Shown piece by piece: positions 47,898-56,541 of a stretch of DNA of 58,382 bases. Made by a program: the position numbers and the translations under genes. The first letter of the stretch is position 1, and each line of letters begins with the position of its first letter. Source of the stretch: a virus (taxonomy: Duplodnaviria > Caudoviricetes). A model generated the notes under the pieces. That model was given only the letters and a program-made list of their open reading frames with translations. It had not been told where the DNA came from and did no database searches. The DNA lies in the IMG/VR virus record IMGVR_UViG_3300009158_000057, positions 1 through 58,382 of that record; one strand, 5' to 3'.

Positions 47898-48704
47898 CTA
47901 CTTCTTGAATTTTTCATTGTCTGGTAAATCATCTAAATCGGATTCTGGATCTTCCACTACGTTTTGTTCAGAGTTGCCGTCGTGCAGTTTTAATCCCATA
48001 GGCTTTTTATTTAAAATATATTTTCTATAAAATTGTTTTGCACTTGAGAAAATAGTATTTGTGTAATCAAATTGTTCTGGTGTTGCTGGTCCATAACCAC
48101 CCGTAATGCCATCTTTAATATGAAGAAAGGGCATCACTTGATACAATGGTGTACCGGCTTTGATAGTAAAATTGCATTTTCTCTTAATTGAGAAAATAAA
48201 ATTCATAGAAGAATAATTGTTATAATCAACAATACCCGGATAAACAAAGATATCATCTAGAAAAGGAGCATGATATGTTGCTGGTAAAAACACCATGGAC
48301 ATTCCTGGCTTATGAGAAACAACATGCCATGGAGATTCAATATGCCACACTTGAAAAGGAATATTATCTTGAGGCGTAAATATTCCAGCTCCTATTTCAT
48401 TAGACATTTTCCTTGGAGGTGGAAAATGTGATTGTCTGCCAGTGCCCATTGTTACCATAACGCCAGACTCATTAGCCATAATGTTGATATCATCCCAAGC
48501 AGGAATAATGTATCCGTAGTTTTTTAAATCTACCATTCCTGGGCATTGAGCAAAATCAAGTTTACCAGTACTCTTTACTTGCTTATCACCAAAGTGTACT
48601 TTAACTTGTGCTGCTTTTTCAACAGGATGCATCAGATATGCTTTTCGAGAGCAATCTACAAATAATACATCTTTTTCTTTTTTCTTCAGGAAATTAAACA
48701 TCAT
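47898..48704 (-). CDS. Uncharacterised protein, DUF6065-like, paralogue B
   Basis: CPGMVD...GYIIPAWDD, PGIVDY, IKAGTPLYQVMPF. Confidence 0.65.
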   Translation of the reverse strand: MMFNFLKKKEKDVLFVDCSRKAYLMHPVEKAAQVKVHFGDKQVKSTGKLDFAQCPGMVDLKNYGYIIPAWDDINIMANESGVMVTMGTGRQSHFPPPRKMSNEIGAGIFTPQDNIPFQVWHIESPWHVVSHKPGMSMVFLPATYHAPFLDDIFVYPGIVDYNNYSSMNFIFSIKRKCNFTIKAGTPLYQVMPFLHIKDGITGGYGPATPEQFDYTNTIFSSAKQFYRKYILNKKPMGLKLHDGNSEQNVVEDPESDLDDLPDNEKFKK

Positions 48705-49426
48705 TTTCTAGGTTCCCTCAATTCATTAGTATAATAACTTAATCTAGAACCTTGAATAATTTGCATCTTCTCAATTTCTTTAGCTTCTTTGGCTTTCATC
48801 TTTCTAATTTTTGGAAATCTATCAAAAGAATTTCTCTTAATAGGAATAGCAGTCACTAGAGGAGTACCAGCACGTAGTACGTCATCAAAATTGCCTGTAT
48901 GCCAGATAGCTGGAAAGTTAACTTCCTTTGGATATCTATCTGTGTCTACAAGACCGCCGAGACAAGTGAAGTTTGGATTAAATGCGTTGATTGGCGGAAG
49001 AAACAAAGTAGACCAGCCAGGCGCAGTTTTAATTACCCAATAGTTGATAAACTTGATTGCGTCTGCATCACGGAAACCACCAATTTGATCTTTGTTATGA
49101 AACTCAGCAAGACCCATATTTGGTGGATTTGTGACTTTAATAATGCTTCTATCAATGTTTGTGTGTACACCAAGATCGCCCTGTAGGGGAATAATAAATC
49201 CCAAAGAATGTACGTCTAAAAGGGGCATACATTTCTTTGAAGTCCATGGTTTACCACCAAACGGATCTCTTGGCGCATCATCAATATATGGGGGAACTTT
49301 TTTCCACCAGTCTGGAATTTTTCTATTTGCCGGTACTGGTTCTGGGATAACACCTTCCCATCTAGGATGACAATAAAATTCTATTACTTCATTACGAAAT
49401 AACAGTTTCAAATCTTTGAGTTTCAT
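48701..49426 (-). CDS. Uncharacterised protein, DUF6065-like, paralogue A
   Basis: IPDWWK, KKCMPLLD...GFIIP, KTAPGWS, GLVDTD, LRAGTPLVTAIPIKR. Confidence 0.65.
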   Translation of the reverse strand: MKLKDLKLLFRNEVIEFYCHPRWEGVIPEPVPANRKIPDWWKKVPPYIDDAPRDPFGGKPWTSKKCMPLLDVHSLGFIIPLQGDLGVHTNIDRSIIKVTNPPNMGLAEFHNKDQIGGFRDADAIKFINYWVIKTAPGWSTLFLPPINAFNPNFTCLGGLVDTDRYPKEVNFPAIWHTGNFDDVLRAGTPLVTAIPIKRNSFDRFPKIRKMKAKEAKEIEKMQIIQGSRLSYYTNELREPRK

Positions 49427-49432
49427 AATATA

Positions 49433-50032
49433 TTACTCTCTTTCGCCCTCAATCCAGAATACAATTGTCTTTCTGGTTCCTTTGGTTACTGGTTTAACTC
49501 TATGTGGAAACATTGAAGAAAAGAATACAACGTCACCAGCATTTCCTTTGATGATCTCTGTACGATCTGGACTGCCAGTAGTCATGATTTCTAGCTCGCC
49601 GCCTTCATACTCGTCTGGATTATTTAGGAACATTACGCCGCTAATTTTTCTTTCGAAGTTATGCCAAGCAGGAAATACGTCAATATGCCAGTCGTAATGG
49701 CCGTTGTTTTTAGCTTTGTATATTGTATATTGAAAAGGAGAAAGCCCTGCAATATTAAGCATAAAATGATCATAATTGATTCTAGGAATAAAATTTGCAA
49801 TTTTTTCAAAAATCCAACCAGAATTTTCATCTGGCATAAAATTTGAAACATCACAACTTCTTACTTCTGGAGATTCTTGTGCTTGACCAATACCAATGCC
49901 TATAACTCCCTTTTCAAACTTCATGATCTTTTCAAGAAAAACAATTTTTTCTATCTCATCAGAACTAAACATCTCATTACATACACAAAATTTATTAAAA
50001 ATAGCGCCAATTTTATTCACTCTCAAAGTCAT
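49433..50032 (-). CDS. 2OG-Fe(II) oxygenase (prolyl-hydroxylase/PKHD type)
   Basis: HYDWHID, RKISG, EYEGGEL, FPHRVKPVTKGTR; AGGAGA SD before ATG 50032. Confidence 0.9.
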   Translation of the reverse strand: MTLRVNKIGAIFNKFCVCNEMFSSDEIEKIVFLEKIMKFEKGVIGIGIGQAQESPEVRSCDVSNFMPDENSGWIFEKIANFIPRINYDHFMLNIAGLSPFQYTIYKAKNNGHYDWHIDVFPAWHNFERKISGVMFLNNPDEYEGGELEIMTTGSPDRTEIIKGNAGDVVFFSSMFPHRVKPVTKGTRKTIVFWIEGERE

Positions 50033-50046
50033 GCTAATTCTCCTGT

Positions 50047-50739
50047 TCAATCAAATGTTATATTTTTACTCGCAAAAAATGCATAGTCTGTTGCATAATA
50101 GGCTTTAATTGCTGAAATCTCTTCTGGAGTTAAATCTGCGACATTTACATGTTTAACTGATACGTTATCTCTACGCAATTCTTTATAGCTAATACCTAAC
50201 GCATCTGTTACTTTTCTTACTTCATTATTTATATCACGAAAATCAAGCAATGTCAAATTAGGATGGTCTAACCAATGTGTTTGATTATGAAAAACTCCGA
50301 GTCTCGCAAAGACTTTTTCTTTTGGATCATCGCGTAATTGTGTCAATACAGTAATAAAATCTGTTATCGAAAGTCTATATTGATGATTGTTCCATGTTAT
50401 GCCTTGTGCGATTACATTCACAGCATCGGCTTCTGGAACTGAAACATTATGGAATTTCTCATACATAAACAACAAAATAGGACTGTTGTAATATCCTTTA
50501 AATCCGCCATCTGAATTCAGTTCAAAGAGGCACATGTGATTATACGCAGAAACAAATTTTTCTATAGGATTTCTATAAAAACAAAATAAAGCATAATCTG
50601 TTTCTTCTGTTAGAACAGAATGTCTAATGTCGTGATAACAAACATCTAGACCAGAGTCTTTGTATGTATTATAGATTGAAGTCCCGCCAGTTTTGGGATT
50701 AAAATACAGAATTGTTTTATTGCTATTAGATATTAACAT
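50047..50739 (-). CDS. Sulfotransferase (Sulfotransfer_2-like)
   Basis: PAPS-binding motifs PKTGGTS (5'-PSB) and RNPIEKFVSAY (3'-PB); C-terminal YYATDY..F. Confidence 0.8.
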   Translation of the reverse strand: MLISNSNKTILYFNPKTGGTSIYNTYKDSGLDVCYHDIRHSVLTEETDYALFCFYRNPIEKFVSAYNHMCLFELNSDGGFKGYYNSPILLFMYEKFHNVSVPEADAVNVIAQGITWNNHQYRLSITDFITVLTQLRDDPKEKVFARLGVFHNQTHWLDHPNLTLLDFRDINNEVRKVTDALGISYKELRRDNVSVKHVNVADLTPEEISAIKAYYATDYAFFASKNITFD

Positions 50740-51488
50740 TTTTCTGCTACCACAAAAATAACTGTGTTTGTAGTTAAATTTTTAATCTCTATTCTACCAG
50801 TATATTCTGGATTATTGATAATGTCAAAAATATATCTATCTTCATTTATTTTAAATTGTTTATTTCGTGGAAGATTAAATGGAATTATCATTTTTTCGCT
50901 AGTTGTATCTAGTACAATAGATGTATTGGCATCTAGGTTGCAATATTTAGCTGTGTATGTTTCATTTCTTTTTATTGCAATGAAAAATGTTTCCGCTGCT
51001 TCTTGCTTTGGAATAGCCACTTCCACGTTCATTGATGTTGTCATCCAATCTCGTTTAACATCAATCCATGTGTTATTTGCTGATGGTTCCGCTGTGATAT
51101 GCACAACAAATTTATTGTCAAGTTCTTCATAGTCATACAAATCTGGATTATCAATAGAATCAATGTAATTTGTTATTCTATTTTTTTCGTCTCTTGATGC
51201 ATCATCGACAGGATTGTAATCGTATGTGATATCTGTTTTGCCAGATAAAACAATAAACATCTTATTATTTACATTTTGAAATGTATTCAAATAAAAGCTG
51301 TCTAACATTCCATTGGCACATTTCATGTATCTTGTGTTGGTAGCAGCATCATCAACGGCGCACACTGTATTCTCATTAGAGTTTATTAGTTGTATTACAT
51401 GTGGATGATCGTGCCCAGCTCCAATACCCACTTTCTGGCGAAAAATAATTCCAGTTGGTTGTGTTGGCTGTGTAAATGGTCCTGGCAT
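50733..51488 (-). CDS. Hypothetical protein (251 aa)
   Basis: ORF track; co-oriented and tightly packed in the cassette. Confidence 0.7.
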   Translation of the reverse strand: MPGPFTQPTQPTGIIFRQKVGIGAGHDHPHVIQLINSNENTVCAVDDAATNTRYMKCANGMLDSFYLNTFQNVNNKMFIVLSGKTDITYDYNPVDDASRDEKNRITNYIDSIDNPDLYDYEELDNKFVVHITAEPSANNTWIDVKRDWMTTSMNVEVAIPKQEAAETFFIAIKRNETYTAKYCNLDANTSIVLDTTSEKMIIPFNLPRNKQFKINEDRYIFDIINNPEYTGRIEIKNLTTNTVIFVVAEKC

Positions 51489-51494
51489 AGTAAA

Positions 51495-53048
51495 TTACCT
51501 TGATCTTACGGTGACAGAACCACCGGTACCTACAGTTACAGGATAAGTTGCTCCGTCTGGATAGCTATACTGAGACACTGTAGTTGCTGGCGTGTATGCA
51601 CCAGGCTGTGCAGGAGAGTTACTTGCTGCTGCGCCCGCTGCATTGACACCCAATGCACCAGAACTGTTGCCCGCATTTGCTGCATTGTATGTTGCGATTG
51701 TATTTACGTTGAACGAGGCAATGTTATTGACGTTATATGTAGCAATGTTATTGACGTTATACGATGCTGCGTTCTGTGTGTTGTATGTTGCAATGTTTTT
51801 AGCGTTATATGTTGCAATATTTTGCGTATTGTATGTTGCAGGATTCTGAGAGTTATAGTTAGCATTGTTTACGTTGTATGATGCTGCGTTCTGTGCGTTG
51901 TATGCCGCAATGTTTTTAGCGTTATATGTTGCAATATTCTGAGGATTGTATGTTGCGGCATTTTGTGCGTTATATGTTGCTGGATTTTGTGCGTTATATG
52001 TTGCTGGATTTTGTGCGTTATACGATGCTGGATTTTGTGCGTTATATGCTGAAATGTTCTGAGAGTTATATGACGCAGGATTCTGCGGATTAAAACCAGA
52101 CACGGCATAGTTTGCGTTGCTGGCATTGTATGACGCAACGTTTTGTGCGTTAAAGCCATCAACGTTTTGCGGATTAAATCCATATACAGCGTAGTTTGGA
52201 TTGTTGCCATATCCAGTACAAGAATAGTTTCGTACATAAAATTGATAACCAAAACCAATTTCATAAAATGCAGGGCAGTCGGGCTGGGCATTCTGAGTGC
52301 CGTTTTGGAAAAAAGTCATATAGAAAAATTGAATTCTGTCGAATGATGTAACTTCCCAGTTGTAGTTATATGCATTATACGGATTGAACCCACTTACATC
52401 GTAGTTTGGATTATTTGAGTTGTAGTTTGCATTACTAGCATTATACGATGCGGCATTCTGCGGATTAAAACCAGACACGGCATAGTTTGGATTGCTGGCA
52501 TTGTATGACGCAGGATTTTGTGCGTTATATGCTGATACGTTCTGAGCATTGTATGACGCTACGTTCTGAGCATTGTATGACGCTACGTTCTGAGCATTGT
52601 ATGACGCTACGTTCTGAGCATTGTATGACGCTACGTTCTGAGCATTGTATGAAGCAATGTTGTTTACGTTGTAGTTAGCATTGTTTACGTTGTATGACGC
52701 TACGTTCTGAGCATTATATGCTGCGATACTTTGAGCATTGTATGTTGCAACAGTCTGAGCATTGTATGAAGCAATGTTGTTTACGTTGTAGTTAGCATTG
52801 TTTACGTTGTATGATGCTACGGTTTGAGCATTATATGACGCTACGTTCTGAGCATTGTATGTTGCGGCATTTTGTGCGTTATATGTTGCAATGTTGCCGA
52901 CAGTGTTTTGTCCACCAACGGCAGCTACGTCCATATCATATCTGCCGTAAGGCAGAGTTATGTTACTGGGAGCGTTAAAGATTTGAGTGCCAGTACCTGA
53001 AGCTCTCCAAGTCTTTTCTAACTCAAAGTTTTTTGTCTTATTGCTCAT
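51495..53048 (-). CDS. Tyr/Asn/Ala octapeptide-repeat protein, putative virion fibre or adhesin
   Basis: About 45 YNxxNxA(S/T)-type units in two arms around a unique aromatic core with two Cys. Confidence 0.8.
   Translation of the reverse strand: MSNKTKNFELEKTWRASGTGTQIFNAPSNITLPYGRYDMDVAAVGGQNTVGNIATYNAQNAATYNAQNVASYNAQTVASYNVNNANYNVNNIASYNAQTVATYNAQSIAAYNAQNVASYNVNNANYNVNNIASYNAQNVASYNAQNVASYNAQNVASYNAQNVASYNAQNVSAYNAQNPASYNASNPNYAVSGFNPQNAASYNASNANYNSNNPNYDVSGFNPYNAYNYNWEVTSFDRIQFFYMTFFQNGTQNAQPDCPAFYEIGFGYQFYVRNYSCTGYGNNPNYAVYGFNPQNVDGFNAQNVASYNASNANYAVSGFNPQNPASYNSQNISAYNAQNPASYNAQNPATYNAQNPATYNAQNAATYNPQNIATYNAKNIAAYNAQNAASYNVNNANYNSQNPATYNTQNIATYNAKNIATYNTQNAASYNVNNIATYNVNNIASFNVNTIATYNAANAGNSSGALGVNAAGAAASNSPAQPGAYTPATTVSQYSYPDGATYPVTVGTGGSVTVRSR
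52536..52652. repeat. Perfect 24-bp tandem repeat (4 copies plus 21 nt)
   Basis: TACGTTCTGAGCATTGTATGACGC; encodes YNAQNVAS on the minus strand. Confidence 0.9.
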
Positions 53049-53063
53049 TTATCTTTTCCAATA

Positions 53064-56000
53064 TTACGATGCGTTTTTCACTGCAAGAGATACGATCCAA
53101 GTTGTCCCGCCGTTATATGTAAGTACTGACCAAATGTCAACGCCGTTTGCTGTCGTTGTAGCCGGAGGAGATACTGCCCCTGCATACTTAGAGCCTGCAG
53201 GCCAAGTGATTGTTCTGCCACCAGTTGCGTCTTGTGTTGCAATGATAGTGAACGCAAAGGCACGACCAGATGGTGCGTTAGAGAACGTGAATGTTGTGTT
53301 GCCTGTCATTGACAAGTTGAACATGTTGCTTGTTGACAAGTCTAGTGTCACAGCACCAGTTGAGCTTGAGTTAGCACAGAACTCTGATGTTGCTTTGAAG
53401 ACTGGAGCAATCAAGTGATTGTTGCCCAGTGCAACGTTTGCACTAGCAGTGAACGCCGTTGTATTAATAACGAATGTTGAGCCTACTGTGTGTGAAGCAG
53501 CATTGACAACACCAGAGTGATAAACACCAGTTGTGTTTGCTGTAAAGTTAGTAGCGTTATACGATACAGCATTGACACCAGCAGAGCCAGTTGAGTATTG
53601 ACCAGTGGTATTTGCAATCCAAGAAGAACCAACTGTAAACGAAGCAGCATTAATTCTACCTGTGTGCCAGATGCCCGTGTCGTTAGCAGAAAGTACAGGA
53701 TTGACTGTTGTGTTTGCCTGCGTTAGAGTTGTGGCAGTGATAACAGTATTGACTGTGCTATTTGAGCTTACGAGATATGCTGTTGTGTTAGCTTGTAGCA
53801 AGCTACCGACGTTAGCAGAAGTCGTTGCATAGAATGTTGCTGTGTTGACTTGACCGCTTACGTTTGCATACTGTGCTGATACGTTAGCAGTTACAGTAGT
53901 AGCGCCGACAGTAATAGCAACAACGTTAGCAGTTACAGTAGTAGCGCCGACAGTAATAGCAACAACGTTAGCAGTTACAGTAGTAGCGCCGACAGTAGTG
54001 GCAACAACGTTACCAGTATGAATACCAGTTGTATTAGCAGTTACAGTAGTAGCATAAACGTTTGTTGTAATAACGTTAGAAGATGCATTAATTGTTGTAG
54101 CAAAAACGCCAGTTGTGTTAGCTACCAAACTAGTGCCAACGCTGTATGACGTAGCATTGATTGCGCCATTAACGTTTAGTGTATTAGCTGAGAAGTCAAA
54201 CGTTAATCCATTGTTGCCTACTAGTACGCCGTTAGCGTTGTAGATAACTTGAGTGTTAGAGCTTGCAGCACCAGCAGAACCAGTGTAACCAATTACACCT
54301 TGAGAGCCAGTGTAACCAATAGAGCCAGTATAGCCACTGGCGCCGAATGAACCACCGTAACCAGTGTCACCCTTAGAACCAGTGTAACCAGTAGAACCGT
54401 TGTAGCCAGTAGAGCCTGTATCACCCTTTGAGCCAGTGTAACCAATAACGCCTTGAGAGCCTGTGTAACCCACAGAGCCATCATAGCCCCTAGAGCCTGT
54501 GTAACCAATGTCGCCCTTAGAGCCTGTGTAACCAATGTCGCCCATATCACCAGTTCTTGTGAATGTAATAATTGTATCAAGACTATTGCTAAAAGATGTT
54601 GCGCCGTTTAGCCACGCAACAGGAACTTGAAAGTAATCTGACGGATGACTATGTGAGCCAGTGATTGAAAAATACGCAAAGTTTTGTGTGTTTGCCTTTT
54701 CTTCAAGTTTAAATGTGCCTTTAATTGATGAAGTAGAATCATCGATAGTGTTTAGATAATTGAAACAGTTTGCAGAAGCATAGTCTAAGAAATCAATATA
54801 AAGTGTTGTTGCTACCGACAAGTCGGTGTTACTAAATTTGAGATAACCAGCAGTTGGATCTGAATTTGTTGTATTTGTGCTATAGTAATACTCGAATGTA
54901 GCGCCACCAAATTCGCCTTGTGGACCCTTAGAACCAGTGTAACCAAACGAGCCATTGTAGCCTGTATCGCCCTTAGAACCAGTATAACCAATAGAGCCAG
55001 TATAACCAGTAGAGCCAAATGAACCGTCGTAACCAGTGTTACCCTTAGAACCAGTATAACCAATAGAGCCAGTATAACCAGTAGCGCCAAATGAACCGTC
55101 GTAACCAGTGGAGCCCTGTGAGCCTGTGTAACCAATTGAACCAGTATAGCCAATAGAGCCAGTATACCCTAATGATCCAGTGTAACCGAATGAACCATCA
55201 TAGCCTCTTGAGCCAGTATAGCCAATGTCGCCCTTAGAACCAGTGTAGCCGATGCTGCCATCGTAACCAGTGTTACCAAAAGAGCCATCATAGCCTCTCG
55301 AACCGCCATATCCTAGTGAACCAGTGTAACCAGTTGCGCCGAATGAGCCACCATAACCGAACGAGCCAGTATAGCCGATGCTGCCTGTATAGCCAAATGA
55401 ACCGTCGTAGCCTGTGTTGCCCTTAGATCCATTGTATCCAGTGTCGCCCTTAGAGCCAGTGTAACCAAACGAGCCATCATAGCCAGTTAATCCAGTATCA
55501 CCCTTAGAGCCTGTGTAACCAATGTCGCCTTTTGAGCCATTGTATCCAGTATCACCCTTAGAGCCTGTGTAACCAATGTCGCCTTTTGAGCCAGTATAAC
55601 CAATTACACCTTGAGAGCCTGTGTAACCAAAAGAGCCATTGTATCCAGTGTCGCCCTTAGAGCCAGTGTAACCGAATGAACCATCATAGCCCGTATCGCC
55701 CTTAGAGCCAGTGTAACCAATAACGCCTTGATTACCCTGAGAACCAGTGTAACCAATAGAACCTGTATACCCGATTACGCCCTGAGAGCCGTTATAGCCA
55801 GTTGCGCCTTGTGAACCAGTGTAACCAATATTACCTTGCGAACCCTGAGAGCCAGTGTAACCAATAACGCCTTGAGAGCCGCCGTAGCCTAGTGAACCAG
55901 TGTAACCGATAGAGCCTGTATCGCCCTTAGAGCCAGTGTAACCAAACGAGCCATTGTAGCCTGTATCGCCCTTAGATCCTTGATAGCCAGTGTCGCCAAT

Positions 56001-56474
56001 GTCACCGGTTCTTGCAAATGAGACAATAGATAGAGTGTTGTTAGCTAGAGTTGTTCTGCCCGAAAGCCACGCAATTGGAACTTGGAAATAAGGACCAGTA
56101 CCCTCATGGTGAGCGCCAACAATAGAGAATGTAGCAAAGCTTGAGTTATTGCCTGCAATGCTTAATGTAAAATGACCTTTAACTACAGAAGTAGAATCGT
56201 CAATTGTCGTTAAGAAGTTATATACGTTTGCGCTAGTAGCATCAGTAAAATTGATATAAAGAGTATTAGCAGAGCTAAATGATGTATTATTAAATGCTAG
56301 ATATCCAGCAGTGGGATCAGTATTGGAAGTAGGTGTGATATAGTTATAGCTATACGCTTCGCCGCCCAAACCGCCTTGTTCGCCTCTAGATCCAGTGTAG
56401 CCTGTATCGCCCTTAGAGCCAGTGTAGCCTACAAAGGATCCGGATAATAGATCACTTAAATTGGTCGTTGTCAT
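53064..56474 (-). CDS. Long collagen-like tail fibre (1136 aa)
   Basis: Extensive GYxGSx Gly-X-Y repeats, two copies of a roughly 120-aa globular domain (DPTAGYL...DDSTS..KG...RTGD), Thr/Asn/Val region, C-terminal QDATGGRTITWP domain. Confidence 0.88.
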   Translation of the reverse strand: MTTTNLSDLLSGSFVGYTGSKGDTGYTGSRGEQGGLGGEAYSYNYITPTSNTDPTAGYLAFNNTSFSSANTLYINFTDATSANVYNFLTTIDDSTSVVKGHFTLSIAGNNSSFATFSIVGAHHEGTGPYFQVPIAWLSGRTTLANNTLSIVSFARTGDIGDTGYQGSKGDTGYNGSFGYTGSKGDTGSIGYTGSLGYGGSQGVIGYTGSQGSQGNIGYTGSQGATGYNGSQGVIGYTGSIGYTGSQGNQGVIGYTGSKGDTGYDGSFGYTGSKGDTGYNGSFGYTGSQGVIGYTGSKGDIGYTGSKGDTGYNGSKGDIGYTGSKGDTGLTGYDGSFGYTGSKGDTGYNGSKGNTGYDGSFGYTGSIGYTGSFGYGGSFGATGYTGSLGYGGSRGYDGSFGNTGYDGSIGYTGSKGDIGYTGSRGYDGSFGYTGSLGYTGSIGYTGSIGYTGSQGSTGYDGSFGATGYTGSIGYTGSKGNTGYDGSFGSTGYTGSIGYTGSKGDTGYNGSFGYTGSKGPQGEFGGATFEYYYSTNTTNSDPTAGYLKFSNTDLSVATTLYIDFLDYASANCFNYLNTIDDSTSSIKGTFKLEEKANTQNFAYFSITGSHSHPSDYFQVPVAWLNGATSFSNSLDTIITFTRTGDMGDIGYTGSKGDIGYTGSRGYDGSVGYTGSQGVIGYTGSKGDTGSTGYNGSTGYTGSKGDTGYGGSFGASGYTGSIGYTGSQGVIGYTGSAGAASSNTQVIYNANGVLVGNNGLTFDFSANTLNVNGAINATSYSVGTSLVANTTGVFATTINASSNVITTNVYATTVTANTTGIHTGNVVATTVGATTVTANVVAITVGATTVTANVVAITVGATTVTANVSAQYANVSGQVNTATFYATTSANVGSLLQANTTAYLVSSNSTVNTVITATTLTQANTTVNPVLSANDTGIWHTGRINAASFTVGSSWIANTTGQYSTGSAGVNAVSYNATNFTANTTGVYHSGVVNAASHTVGSTFVINTTAFTASANVALGNNHLIAPVFKATSEFCANSSSTGAVTLDLSTSNMFNLSMTGNTTFTFSNAPSGRAFAFTIIATQDATGGRTITWPAGSKYAGAVSPPATTTANGVDIWSVLTYNGGTTWIVSLAVKNAS
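53881..54006. repeat. 42-bp tandem repeat (3 copies, third imperfect)
   Basis: ACGTTAGCAGTTACAGTAGTAGCGCCGACAGTAATAGCAACA; encodes VAITVGATTVTANV. Confidence 0.85.
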
Positions 56475-56521
56475 ACTACTCTATCCCTTGTTCGTTTTAG
56501 TCTGTTGATTAAACTCTTGCT

Positions 56522-56529
56522 TATTTATA
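56522..56529 (-). promoter_or_regulatory. T4 late promoter for the fibre and enzyme operon
   Basis: TATAAATA 47 nt upstream of the ATG at 56474. Confidence 0.8.
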
Positions 56530-56541
56530 TCTACACAAAAA

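Noticed and set aside
52080-52512. Diversity-generating retroelement TR/VR pair
   Set aside because: The mismatches are not adenine-specific, both copies are in one ORF, and no reverse transcriptase is in the window
51669-52883. Ice-nucleation protein (8-residue period)
   Set aside because: Lacks the AGYGSTxT consensus and TxT ladders of InaZ; only the period matches
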